A stretch of DNA of 39,544 nt from contig JAZDJR010000005.1 in NCBI GenBank assembly GCA_043803815.1, positions 1 through 39,544 on the forward strand, written 5' to 3'. This document shows, piece by piece, positions 29,096 through 38,330 of the stretch. The notes beneath the pieces are model-generated. The model made no database searches and was not told the DNA's origin. It saw only the letters and a program-made list of their open reading frames with translations. Source of the DNA: Candidatus Micrarchaeota archaeon. Its GTDB lineage: Archaea > Iainarchaeota > Iainarchaeia > Iainarchaeales > JAGVWC01. Position 1 is the stretch's first letter. The number at the start of each line of letters is the position of its first letter. Made by a program: the position numbers and the translations under genes.

Positions 29096-29479
29096 ATGCC
29101 TAAAACAATCCCGTTCCCGACCCCAGAAAGACTGGCCCGCGCTTTGGAATCGGAATACAAAATCTCGAACCGCTCGCCGCTGTGGACTTTTTCAACGAAA
29201 GCCGCGGGACTGGTTCCCGTGCTTGGGGAACTGGTTTCGTTGAGTAGTGCCACCCGAACCGAAGACCCGAAAGCGCGCCAAAAAAGAGTAATGTCCTTGA
29301 TTTTTTCAAGCCCGCAAAACGCGGCCGCGGTTTTGCGCCAAACCAAAAACCCGCGCTTAAAACAATGGCTGGCTAACCGCATTGCCGGCCGCTGGAAAGT
29401 CCAACGCGGTCCGGTTAAACTCCAGCGCTCGGCCAAACGTCCCGCCCGCCGATTGGAACTGCAACGGAGAGTGGCCTAA
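29096..29479 (+). CDS. Hypothetical basic protein
   Basis: ORF fills the HMGS-thiolase gap exactly. Arg-rich C-terminus and no recognisable motif. Confidence 0.65.
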   Translation: MPKTIPFPTPERLARALESEYKISNRSPLWTFSTKAAGLVPVLGELVSLSSATRTEDPKARQKRVMSLIFSSPQNAAAVLRQTKNPRLKQWLANRIAGRWKVQRGPVKLQRSAKRPARRLELQRRVA

Positions 29480-30649
29480 ATGAGAAGCGTCAGCATCATC
29501 GGTTGCGGCCGCACATCGTTTGGCGAACATTGGAACGAAAGTTTTCGCGATTTAATCGGAAAAGCGGGTTTAGCCGCGCTTGAATCCGCCCAAATCGAAG
29601 GAAAAGATATTGAAGCGATTTATGGCGGAACCATGGCTTCGGGCCGGTTTGTCGGGCAGGAACATATCGGGGCGTTGATTGCAGACCAGCTCGGATTAAA
29701 CCCGATTCCGGCTACGCGGTTTGAAGCCGCGTGTGCGTCGGGCGGCGTGGCATTGCGGCAGGCTTATTTGTCGGTGGCTGGAGGCGCGTACGATTGCGTA
29801 GCCGTTGGCGGAATCGAAAAAATGACGGAAATTTCCGTTGAAGAGGCGGGATTTGCACTCGGCGGAGCTGGGGACCAGGAAACCGAATTGTTCCACGGCG
29901 CGACTTTTCCCGCATTATACGCTTTTTTGGCCAGGATGCACATGGAACAGTTTGGAACAACCGAAGAACAAATGGCGGCAGTGTCCGTCAAAAACCACCA
30001 CAATGGAAACTTAAATCCTTATTCGCAGTTTCACCGCGAAATTACCGTGGACGATGTGATGAGTTCTGGGTATGTGGCGTCCCCGCTAAAATTATTGGAT
30101 TGCTCTCCGATTAGCGACGGCGCCGCCGCATTGGTTTTAATGGAAACGTCCAAAGCCCGAAAAATTTGCGAGCAGCCCGTTGAAATATTAGCCAGCACGC
30201 AAGCATCCGATTCGCTGGCACTGACCGGAAGAAAAAGCCTGACCGAACTGGCCGCTACTCGGATTGCGGGAAAACAGGCGTATGAGCAAGCCAAGTTAAA
30301 ACCCAAAGATATTCACGTAGCCGAACTTCATGATTGCTTTAGCATTAGCGAGATATTTGCAATAGAAGATTTGGATTTTTTCAAAAAAGGCGAAGGCGGA
30401 AAGGCTACGGAACAAGGAAAGACCGCGCTGGATGGCGAAATTCCGGTTAATCCGTCCGGCGGATTAAAAATGGGCCACCCGGTCGGAGCAACAGGGGTCA
30501 AACAAGCGGTTGAAATGTTTTGGCAGCTCACCGACCAGGCCGATAAACGGCAAATTAAGAACGCCCAAATCGGATTAACGCACAATTTAGGGGGCAGCGG
30601 AGCCACTTGCGTTGTGCACATCCTTAAACAACTAGAGGGAAAACGATGA
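29480..30649 (+). CDS. Acetoacetyl-CoA thiolase, archaeal type
   Basis: EAACASGG, GIEKMT, LLDCSPISDGAAA, AELHDCF, NPSGGL, GHPVGATG and HNLGGSG. Confidence 0.96.
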   Translation: MRSVSIIGCGRTSFGEHWNESFRDLIGKAGLAALESAQIEGKDIEAIYGGTMASGRFVGQEHIGALIADQLGLNPIPATRFEAACASGGVALRQAYLSVAGGAYDCVAVGGIEKMTEISVEEAGFALGGAGDQETELFHGATFPALYAFLARMHMEQFGTTEEQMAAVSVKNHHNGNLNPYSQFHREITVDDVMSSGYVASPLKLLDCSPISDGAAALVLMETSKARKICEQPVEILASTQASDSLALTGRKSLTELAATRIAGKQAYEQAKLKPKDIHVAELHDCFSISEIFAIEDLDFFKKGEGGKATEQGKTALDGEIPVNPSGGLKMGHPVGATGVKQAVEMFWQLTDQADKRQIKNAQIGLTHNLGGSGATCVVHILKQLEGKR

Positions 30650-30726
30650 ACAAAACCCCGAAAAACAAGTTTGAACGGCAACATGCGCTCATCACAAACA
30701 TTATCACTGGCGGAAAAAAATGGTAG
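30646..30726 (+). CDS. Possible 26-aa bridging mini-ORF
   Basis: MNKTPKNKFERQHALITNIITGGKKW*. ATGA overlap with the thiolase stop; its end overlaps the DUF35 start. Confidence 0.3.
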   Translation: MNKTPKNKFERQHALITNIITGGKKW

Positions 30727-31124
30727 AAAATGCTATTGCGCTTCATTGGCGAAGATACCCCGAACGATATTTACTCAAGGGAAACCATTGCACTACGTGC
30801 AAAACCGATTATTTCCCCGCGCGGTTGTTCTGCCCGAACTGCCGCAGAAAAGGAAAACTCGTTTCCAAGGAAATGCCGCGGACCGGCAAAATAATTTCTT
30901 TCACCGAAGTGTTCGTGGGCCCCATGGGATTCGAAAACGAAACCCCGTATTTTTTGGCGCTCATTGATTTGGGAAACAGCTGCAAAATCCTAAGCCAGCT
31001 TGTGGATTCTCCGCGGGAAAAAATCAGGACCGGCGCGAATGTCAAAAAAATGTTCCGCAAAATACAGGACAACGACCCCGAAGGAGCGATTGCGTACGGG
31101 TATAAATTCAAGGTTGTTGAATAG
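30720..31124 (+). CDS. DUF35 Zn-ribbon/OB-fold scaffold of the thiolase-HMGS complex
   Basis: WR..PERY.L.G, CTTC and CPNC, G.I.SFT, PY.LALIDL and YGYKF. Confidence 0.93.
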   Translation: MVENAIALHWRRYPERYLLKGNHCTTCKTDYFPARLFCPNCRRKGKLVSKEMPRTGKIISFTEVFVGPMGFENETPYFLALIDLGNSCKILSQLVDSPREKIRTGANVKKMFRKIQDNDPEGAIAYGYKFKVVE

Positions 31125-31139
31125 GATATTTGAGAAAAT

Positions 31140-32486
31140 ATGGCGAGAATTCTAACGCCGGGCAAAATTAGGAAAAAAGTTTTCCGCGCAATGGGTTTAG
31201 GAAGAGGGCCCCTTGTGCAAGGAACACAGCCGAGATTGCAAAGATATTTCGAGCCTTTTTCTTCAAAGCAGTATCCAACAAACAGGTCTGCTGATGCAAG
31301 CAGGGTTCCAATGGAATTTGGCGCAAGGCAATGGGGACACACGGAATTCCTACAAAACGCATTGAAAAGCCCCGCAATTGCAAGGCAAATAGCAAGAGAC
31401 CCGATTGCAAGAATAGAATTTGAAAAAGCAATTTTTGATGCACTGCAGGAAAGAGCATTGAAAGCATATTCTGAAGAATGGTCTGCTTTGTCACCAAAAA
31501 CAATTTCTACTTTGATTGAAAGAGCAAAAAGAACCGCTTCAAAGCCAACACCAGCACTTGCCAATGAACACAATGCAAGAATGGTTGCGCAGGAAGCAAT
31601 GCAACGGCTGCAAAAAGGAAAAATGGTTACAATTTTTGACCTTGGTTGTGGTGGCGGCGGAACAATTATTCCAATAATTGACTCCATTCCACAAGAGTCA
31701 AGGCACAAAATTCAGGTAGTGCTGATTGACGTAATGCCGACCGGCTTGAAAAGCACTGCAAGAAAATTAATGCGCCGGGGATTGGTTGGAAAAGGACAAA
31801 TAATTGCAATAAAAGAAAACATTTCAAAACTAATGGGCAATGACAGAATTGCACGCTTGTTTGGCACAGCAGACATCATAACAAGCGGAGCAGCACTGCA
31901 CCATGTTTCGGCAATAGAACCAACTTTTGAGGGAGTAAAAAGATTATTGAAAAAAGACGGCGCATTCATTTTTTGGGATTGGGGGCATACGGCCTGGAGA
32001 GCGCCGAATTTAGTTATTGCGCCGGAAGGAGCAAGAGTTGACAAATATGGAAGATTTTATGAGCAGGGCACCAGAACAACCGAAGCCGGAAAAAAAACTG
32101 CTTTTGTAAGCAGGGGAAAAATCGCGGGAATTTCAGGGGGTCGGGCGCCAACAGAATATCAAACGGCCAGGGAAATGCTTTCAACATGGATAAAATTGTT
32201 GCATTTTTCAGAAGAAAGAAAACAAGGGTTTTTGGAATGGTTTGACAGAAAAGCACTGCGGGGAGAACCAATCAATTTTGCAGAGTACTTGAAAAGGGTT
32301 GAAGGCGCACAACTTGAAAAAGGGATGCCAAGAGCAGAACTAAAATACTGGGAAGGCCACCGACCGCCAGAATTATACCATGATGCGATGCGCAATGTCG
32401 GCCTGATTGGAGAAAACAAAAAACCATTTACAATTTATTCAACACAAAGCCCGCTGTTATACCAAATAAAAGTAAGAAAGGGGTGA
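31140..32486 (+). CDS. Class I SAM-dependent methyltransferase domain protein
   Basis: IFDLGCGGG motif I, LIDV, ADIITSGAALHHV and LLKKDGAFIFWD. Long unrelated N- and C-terminal extensions. Confidence 0.8.
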   Translation: MARILTPGKIRKKVFRAMGLGRGPLVQGTQPRLQRYFEPFSSKQYPTNRSADASRVPMEFGARQWGHTEFLQNALKSPAIARQIARDPIARIEFEKAIFDALQERALKAYSEEWSALSPKTISTLIERAKRTASKPTPALANEHNARMVAQEAMQRLQKGKMVTIFDLGCGGGGTIIPIIDSIPQESRHKIQVVLIDVMPTGLKSTARKLMRRGLVGKGQIIAIKENISKLMGNDRIARLFGTADIITSGAALHHVSAIEPTFEGVKRLLKKDGAFIFWDWGHTAWRAPNLVIAPEGARVDKYGRFYEQGTRTTEAGKKTAFVSRGKIAGISGGRAPTEYQTAREMLSTWIKLLHFSEERKQGFLEWFDRKALRGEPINFAEYLKRVEGAQLEKGMPRAELKYWEGHRPPELYHDAMRNVGLIGENKKPFTIYSTQSPLLYQIKVRKG

Positions 32487-32490
32487 TTTA

Positions 32491-33417
32491 ATGGTTCAAG
32501 GAAGCGGATTCGGAAAGGTCATTCTGTTCGGCGAGCATTTTGTGGTTTACGGCCTGCCCGCAATTGCCGCGGCACTCGGCGAAACCACGACTGCCAAAGT
32601 TACCAAAGCCAAAAAATTCGAATTGATTGACAATCGGCCCGAAACACCCGGCTATAAAAAGGAAAAATTCGAGCAGCAGCAAAAATCGCTGGAACTCATT
32701 TTCAAAGCCGTGGAATTTGACCCGGAAAAAACACCCGTACGAATCGAGCTTGGCGGAAAACTAGTGGCTGCTTCCGGGGTCGGGGCCAGTGCAGCAAGTT
32801 GCGTGGCAATCGCCCGCGCCATTTCCAAATTCCAGGGAAAAAACCTTTCGAACGAAAAAATCAATGAAATCGCGTACCAAGGGGAAATGGGCTACCACGG
32901 AACCCCAAGCGGGATTGACAACACGGTTTCAACCTATGGCGGATTAATCTGGTTCCAGAAAGGGCCGCCGATTGTATTGCAACCGATTTCGACGAATATT
33001 CAATTGCATTTGGTGGTTGCCAACACGGGAAAAACATCCGATACCAGCGCGGTTGTAGCAGACGTAAAAAAATGGAAAGAAAACAACCCAAAAAAATTTG
33101 AACAAATTGTCTCAGAATACAAACAGTTGATTGAAAACGCAAAACAAGCGATTCAACAAAACGACTTGAATACAATCGGCGAATTGATGAACCAAAACCA
33201 TTCTCTGCTGCAACAAATAGGGATTTCGTGCAAGGAGTTGGATTCAATCGCTGAAACCGCGCGCACGAATGGCGCCTTGGGAGCCAAACTGACGGGAACC
33301 GGAAGAGGCGGACTGGCGATTTGCCTGGCAAAAGACCAAAAAAGCCGGCAGGCAATCAAAAAAGCGATTCAAGAATTCGGCTTTAAAACCGAAACTACGG
33401 TAATTAACGGAAAATGA
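32491..33417 (+). CDS. mvk: Mevalonate kinase
   Basis: GKVILFGEHFVVYG, GHMP loop ASGVGASAA, HGTPSGID and GAKLTGTGRGG. GGTGA SD upstream. Confidence 0.95.
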   Translation: MVQGSGFGKVILFGEHFVVYGLPAIAAALGETTTAKVTKAKKFELIDNRPETPGYKKEKFEQQQKSLELIFKAVEFDPEKTPVRIELGGKLVAASGVGASAASCVAIARAISKFQGKNLSNEKINEIAYQGEMGYHGTPSGIDNTVSTYGGLIWFQKGPPIVLQPISTNIQLHLVVANTGKTSDTSAVVADVKKWKENNPKKFEQIVSEYKQLIENAKQAIQQNDLNTIGELMNQNHSLLQQIGISCKELDSIAETARTNGALGAKLTGTGRGGLAICLAKDQKSRQAIKKAIQEFGFKTETTVINGK

Positions 33418-33475
33418 TAGTCCTTGCCCCCATGCTTATTTAGGAGTTTCCAACCGAAACTTTAACGGTTAAATC

Positions 33476-34027
33476 ATGAAATTGATTGTGGCGATTTGCG
33501 GCGCTTCCGGGGCCGGATACGGAATATCTTTACTGCGCGCGTTAAAGGAAGCCAAAGTGGAAACACATTTGGTATTAAGCGAATGGGGCAAAGAGTTGGT
33601 CAAAGAAGAAACCGATTGGACGTTGGAGCAGGTAAAAAAACTGGCCGGCAAAAGCTATGAATACAACGACTTGGCCGGAACCATCAGCAGCTCTTCGTTT
33701 TTGGTGGATGGAATGATTATCTGCCCGGCCACGGTAAAAACGGTTTCCGAAATTGCGCACGCAAACGCCAACAATTTGATTTCAAGGGCTGCCGACAATA
33801 TGTTAAAAACCAGAAAAAAATTGGTGGTTTGCATCCGGGAAACCCCCTTGAGCACGCCCTGCTTGGAAAATCTTGTCAAATTGTCGCAGTACGGGGCAGT
33901 GGTAATGCCTTTAAGTCCGGGGTTCTACCAAAAGCCAAAAAAAGCCGAAGAACTGTATGATTTTATGAGCGGAAAAATCCTTGACTTGTTTGGAATTCCG
34001 AACCAAAAATTCAAGCGGTGGGAATGA
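33476..34027 (+). CDS. ubiX: Flavin prenyltransferase (prFMN synthase)
   Basis: VAICGASGA, ISSSSF, NLISRAAD..LK, RETPLS and PGFYQKP. Confidence 0.92.
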   Translation: MKLIVAICGASGAGYGISLLRALKEAKVETHLVLSEWGKELVKEETDWTLEQVKKLAGKSYEYNDLAGTISSSSFLVDGMIICPATVKTVSEIAHANANNLISRAADNMLKTRKKLVVCIRETPLSTPCLENLVKLSQYGAVVMPLSPGFYQKPKKAEELYDFMSGKILDLFGIPNQKFKRWE

Positions 34028-35340
34028 TGTCGTTTAAAAGCCAATTGGAAAAACTCGAAAAAAACGGAAAACTGCTGAAAATCCAAAAACCGGTCAGCAA
34101 AAAACTGGAAGCATCCGCAATCCTAAACCAAATAGAGCCCCAAGCGGTTTTGTTTGAAAAAATAGCGGAATCCGAATTTCGAGTCGCCGCGAACATTTTT
34201 CCAACCAAACAATCCATCGCAGATTATTTGAATTGCAAGGTAAGCGAACTGATTCCAACCATTACAAAAGCGATTGAAAACCCGAGCGAAGCGCAGGAAA
34301 CCAAAAAAGCCCCGTGCCAGGAAGTAGAAATGGAAACCGTCGATTTGGACAAACTGCCAATCCTTTTTCACGCGGCAAAAGACGGAGGCAATTACATCAG
34401 CAGCGGAGTCGTAATCGCCAAACACCCAACATACGGGCAAAACCTGGATTTTCACCGCTGCATGCAAATCGGAAAAAACAAATTCAGCATCCGAATCGTG
34501 AAAAAAAGGCACTTTGACGAGTTTTTGCAAAAGCAGGGAGAAATGCCAATGGCAGTCTGCATTGGCAACGGAGCCAACATACTCGTGGCAGCCGCAACCT
34601 CGGTTGAACTCGGAAAAAACGAATTGGAAATCGCCAATTCTTTGGAGCCATTGCAAGTGGCAAAAGCCAAAACATTTGATGCCTTGATTCCCGCGGAATC
34701 CGAATTCGTATTGGAAGGAATTGTTTCCTTGGAAGAAAAAGCAAAGGAAGGGCCGTTCATTGATTTGACCGAAACCCAGGACGTGATAAGACAGGAACCA
34801 GTTTTTACAGTAACCAAAATCACGCACCGCAAAAACGCAATTTGGCAAGCGCTCTTGCCGGGAAAACTGGAACACAAAATTTTGATGGGAATGCCCCGCG
34901 AACCCACGATTTTCAAAAAAGTAAACGAAGCCGGAGTGCAATGCCTGGACGTGAACGTGAATCCCGAAGGCTGCAGCTGGCTGCACGCACGAATCAAAAT
35001 CCAAAAGAAACGCGAAGACGATGGAAAAAACGCTATTCAGGCGGCTTTTGAGGGGCACCATAGCTGCAAGCACGTTTTTGTCGTGGACGAGGATATCGAC
35101 ATTTACGATTCCGCGAGCATGGAATGGGCTTTTGCAACCCGCTTTCAGGCGGATATGGGCTTTGTAATAAAACCGAAAGAAAAAGGCTCAAGCCTGGACC
35201 CCAGCGCGGAACCCGAAACAAGCCTTACCACCAAATGCGGATTCGACTTGACCAAACCGTTGGTTGCCAAGGGAAAAAACTTTGAAAAAGCGGAATACCC
35301 AAAAATAGACTTGAAAAAATTTACGGAGAAAAACGCATGA
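34024..35340 (+). CDS. UbiD-family prFMN decarboxylase, probable anhydromevalonate phosphate decarboxylase
   Basis: LPIL.H...DGGNYISSG, N..FHR, EFVLEG, EGPFIDLT, VVDEDIDI and GSSLDPS. Specific call rests on gene context. Confidence 0.88.
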   Translation: MMSFKSQLEKLEKNGKLLKIQKPVSKKLEASAILNQIEPQAVLFEKIAESEFRVAANIFPTKQSIADYLNCKVSELIPTITKAIENPSEAQETKKAPCQEVEMETVDLDKLPILFHAAKDGGNYISSGVVIAKHPTYGQNLDFHRCMQIGKNKFSIRIVKKRHFDEFLQKQGEMPMAVCIGNGANILVAAATSVELGKNELEIANSLEPLQVAKAKTFDALIPAESEFVLEGIVSLEEKAKEGPFIDLTETQDVIRQEPVFTVTKITHRKNAIWQALLPGKLEHKILMGMPREPTIFKKVNEAGVQCLDVNVNPEGCSWLHARIKIQKKREDDGKNAIQAAFEGHHSCKHVFVVDEDIDIYDSASMEWAFATRFQADMGFVIKPKEKGSSLDPSAEPETSLTTKCGFDLTKPLVAKGKNFEKAEYPKIDLKKFTEKNA

Positions 35341-36509
35341 AGCTCACACTTGAAGAACAGGAAATGCTGGACGGCAAAAAAGGAAATGCCTGCCAAAAAA
35401 GCATGGAATTGCTGGTGGCCTTGGGTAAGATTTATGGCGCCAAACGGCTGATTGCGGCTTCCAGCGTGCAGATTGCGGGAGTCAGCTATGACAATTTGGG
35501 GGACCCTGGATTGCAATTTCTGGCGGAGATGGCCAAAGACGGAAAAACCAAGGTATTGACAACCTTGAATCCCGCGGGAATGGACTTGGAAAACTGGAAA
35601 GAGCTTGGAATTTCAAAAGATTTTGCGGAAAAACAGGAAAAAGTAATCAATGCATTCAAGGCCATGGGCGTAATAACGACCTGCACCTGCACCCCGTATT
35701 TGATTGGAAACTGCCCGCATTTTGGAGAACATATTGCGTGGAGCGAGTCCAGCGCGGTATGCTACGCGAATTCCGTTTTGGGCGCGTACACAAACCGCGA
35801 AGGCGGACCCAGCGCGTTAGCAAGTGCCTTAACCGGAAAAACACCGGAATACGGAATGCACCTGGAAGAAAACCGCCAGGCGCAAGTGTTGGTGCAATTG
35901 GAAAAACCGTTAAGAGGAACATTCCGCTTTGGTGCATTGGGAAAAGCGATTGGAGAAAAAATAGGAAACAAAATACCGCTAATTGTCGGGCAAAAAACAG
36001 CCACTTTGGAAGAATTGAAAAGCCTAAGCGCAAGCATTGCCACCTATGGCGGAACCGCAATGTTTCACATGCAGGGAATCACTCCCAGTCCGACCAAAAA
36101 ACCAAAAGAAACGATAGTGATAACAGAAAAAGAAATTGAAAATGCAATTGCAAGCCTGACCATGGAAGGAAACTCCGATTTTATCAGCATCGGCTGCCCC
36201 CACGCCAGCATCGCGGAAATAGCCAAAATCGCAGGATTATTGGAAGGAAAATCCGTCAAAAAAGAAGTGTGGATTACCACGGCACGGCCAACCAAAAAAA
36301 TTTCCGACCAAATGGGATACACTCAAACGATTGAAAAATCCGGCGCAAAATTTGCCGCGGACACCTGCTGCGTCGTTGCTCCAATCAAAGGACGGTTCAA
36401 ACTAATGACAACCGACTCCGCCAAAGGCTGTTTTTATGCGGCCAGCAAAAACAAGTTCAAAACGCGATTAAAAAGCCTGGAAGCATGCATTCAAGAGGCA
36501 TTGGAATGA
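35337..36509 (+). CDS. Aconitase X large subunit, probable phosphomevalonate dehydratase large subunit
   Basis: QIAGVSY, TTLNPAG, TCTCTPY, AWSESSAV.YANSVLGA.TNREGGP, IGCPHAS, DTC and TDSAK. Confidence 0.93.
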   Translation: MKLTLEEQEMLDGKKGNACQKSMELLVALGKIYGAKRLIAASSVQIAGVSYDNLGDPGLQFLAEMAKDGKTKVLTTLNPAGMDLENWKELGISKDFAEKQEKVINAFKAMGVITTCTCTPYLIGNCPHFGEHIAWSESSAVCYANSVLGAYTNREGGPSALASALTGKTPEYGMHLEENRQAQVLVQLEKPLRGTFRFGALGKAIGEKIGNKIPLIVGQKTATLEELKSLSASIATYGGTAMFHMQGITPSPTKKPKETIVITEKEIENAIASLTMEGNSDFISIGCPHASIAEIAKIAGLLEGKSVKKEVWITTARPTKKISDQMGYTQTIEKSGAKFAADTCCVVAPIKGRFKLMTTDSAKGCFYAASKNKFKTRLKSLEACIQEALE

Positions 36510-36895
36510 AACTGAACGGAAGAACCATTTACAAGGGAAAAACCGAAGGCGAAATCCTCAAAACAAGCCAGGGAATTTCGCTTTATGGCGGAGTAAACGG
36601 CGACACGGGAATTATCGAACAGGAAGGACACGAACTCAAAGGACAAAGCATCGCGGGAAAAATACTGGTTTTTCCAGAAGGAAAAGGAAGCACGGTTGGA
36701 AGCTATATCCTATACCGCCTAAAAAAAAACGGAAAAGCCCCCTTAGCTATACTCAACAAAAACTGCGAAACAATAGTGGCGGTAGGCTGCATTATCGCGG
36801 AAATCCCCTGCATTGACCAACTCGATATTGAAAAACTGCAAACCGGAAAAAAAGCAAGCGTAGACGCGGAAAAAGGAACCGTAGAAACCAAGTGA
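36506..36895 (+). CDS. Aconitase X swivel subunit (DUF126), phosphomevalonate dehydratase small subunit
   Basis: IS.YGGV...TG.I, GKILVFP.GKGSTVGSY and AVGCIIAEIP. ATGA overlap with the large subunit. Confidence 0.93.
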   Translation: MKLNGRTIYKGKTEGEILKTSQGISLYGGVNGDTGIIEQEGHELKGQSIAGKILVFPEGKGSTVGSYILYRLKKNGKAPLAILNKNCETIVAVGCIIAEIPCIDQLDIEKLQTGKKASVDAEKGTVETK

Positions 36896-36899
36896 AAAA

Positions 36900-37703
36900 A
36901 TGACGGAATTATACATACTAAAACTCGGCGGTTCGGTTTGCACGGACAAGCAAAACAACCGTTTTAAAGTCAACGAACAAATCGTCCGCCTCGTAGCCCG
37001 CGAAATCAAGTCCGCCCGCAAAAAAAAGAAGTTCCGCTTAATCGTGGTCAACGGCGCGGGCCCATTCGGCCACACCAACGTGCACGAGTACGGGATTAAT
37101 AACGGTGTTCGTTTTCCAAAAGACTTTGAAGGGATGTGCAGGACCGCAATCGATTGCGCGGACTTAAACCTGCAAATCGCAAAGCTGTTTTGGAAAGAAG
37201 GATTGCTTGCGTATCCCGTTCCGGCGTCGGCAATTACGGTTCAAAAAAACAAAAAAATTGTTCATCAGGATACCGCGGTTATTTCGGAATTGTTCAGACA
37301 AAACGAACAATTAATCCCGGTTTTAAACGGAACTTTTGTGGCAGATAACAAAATCGGCGGAAGCGTGGTTTCCGGAGACGCCACGATTGCGCATTTAGCC
37401 AAAAAACTGCACGCTAAAAAAGTCTTGTTTGGAACCGACGTGAACGGGGTTTACACCCGCGACCCCAAAAAATTTTCGGACGCAAAACAAATTCATTTGA
37501 TTTCGAAAAAGAACTGGAAAACTGTTTTACTTGGAGTGGGTGAATCCGCGGCGCTTGACGTCAGCGGCGGAATGAAGGGAAAACTCGGCCGCCTCGCGGA
37601 AAAGACCCGCGGGATTCCCATCGTTATTTTTGACGCGACCAAAAAAGGAAACACCTTTGACGCGCTTAGCGGGAAAAAAATCGGGACTTTAGTCGGGCTG
37701 TGA
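36900..37703 (+). CDS. ipk: Isopentenyl phosphate kinase
   Basis: ILKLGGSVCTDK, GAGPFGH, VVSGD, GTDVNGVY and DVSGGMKGKL (amino-acid kinase fold), plus pathway context. Confidence 0.88.
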   Translation: MTELYILKLGGSVCTDKQNNRFKVNEQIVRLVAREIKSARKKKKFRLIVVNGAGPFGHTNVHEYGINNGVRFPKDFEGMCRTAIDCADLNLQIAKLFWKEGLLAYPVPASAITVQKNKKIVHQDTAVISELFRQNEQLIPVLNGTFVADNKIGGSVVSGDATIAHLAKKLHAKKVLFGTDVNGVYTRDPKKFSDAKQIHLISKKNWKTVLLGVGESAALDVSGGMKGKLGRLAEKTRGIPIVIFDATKKGNTFDALSGKKIGTLVGL

Positions 37704-37707
37704 AAAA

Positions 37708-38248
37708 ATGGGTTCTATTCTGGAAAACCGTGGGGCGAATACCAACCGTGGGGCAGGAGCCATCGTTTTTGCCGAAAAAGACGGGCAGCGCTATGTCCTA
37801 TCGGTTCAGCGGGCGAATACTAAAAAATGGAACCGCCAAGTCATGCTGGGTGGAGCGGGGCACATCAAGGAAAAGGAAACTCCGGAAGTCGCGATGCTTC
37901 GCGAACTAAACGAGGAACTAGAACTAAAACCGCGGGAGATTTTGAGCATGAAAACAATCGGCCAGGTACCTGCTACACGAGAAGAACACGCAGGAATTCA
38001 AGTTTCCTTTTTTTTTGGTTCAAGTGCCGTTTGAACGCCTGCAAAAAATGGTTTTGGATATCAACAAGACGCCCAAGCGCTTTGAGGAACTGCGCGGCGC
38101 GCGTTTAAACCGTATTTCCACCCTGGCTAAAACCCAAAAGCGATTGCAGTCGCATTACCGCGATTTTTTTCCCTTGGCGGAAAAAGAGCTTCGGGTTCCC
38201 AAAAAAACCGTGGGCAAAACGATTGTCGCCAACAGGCGGAAAAGATAA
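37708..38248 (+). pseudogene. Nudix hydrolase split by a frameshift in a T9 tract (real slippage site or assembly error)
   Basis: Nudix box GHIKEKETPEVAMLRELNEELEL. T9 at 38008-38016; removing one T gives ...QVSFFLVQVPFERL...NRRKR*, joining ORFs 37708-38034 and 38015-38248. Confidence 0.75.
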
Positions 38249-38330
38249 AAAAACTGCAATTAACGGGAAAAAGGGGGTCAATCGCCGTAGCATTTTGTTT
38301 AAAATTAACCATTTCCCATTGAGTATAGGT

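Noticed and set aside
30809-31708. 299-aa minus-strand ORF, and similar long antisense ORFs (34123-35073, 19557-20309, 14603-15328)
   Set aside because: Shadow frames of well-supported genes with no recognisable motifs.
33476-35340. ubiX/ubiD as ubiquinone or aromatic-acid decarboxylation genes
   Set aside because: Their position between mvk, AcnX subunits and ipk, with no diphosphomevalonate or phosphomevalonate decarboxylase in the cluster, points to the modified mevalonate pathway.
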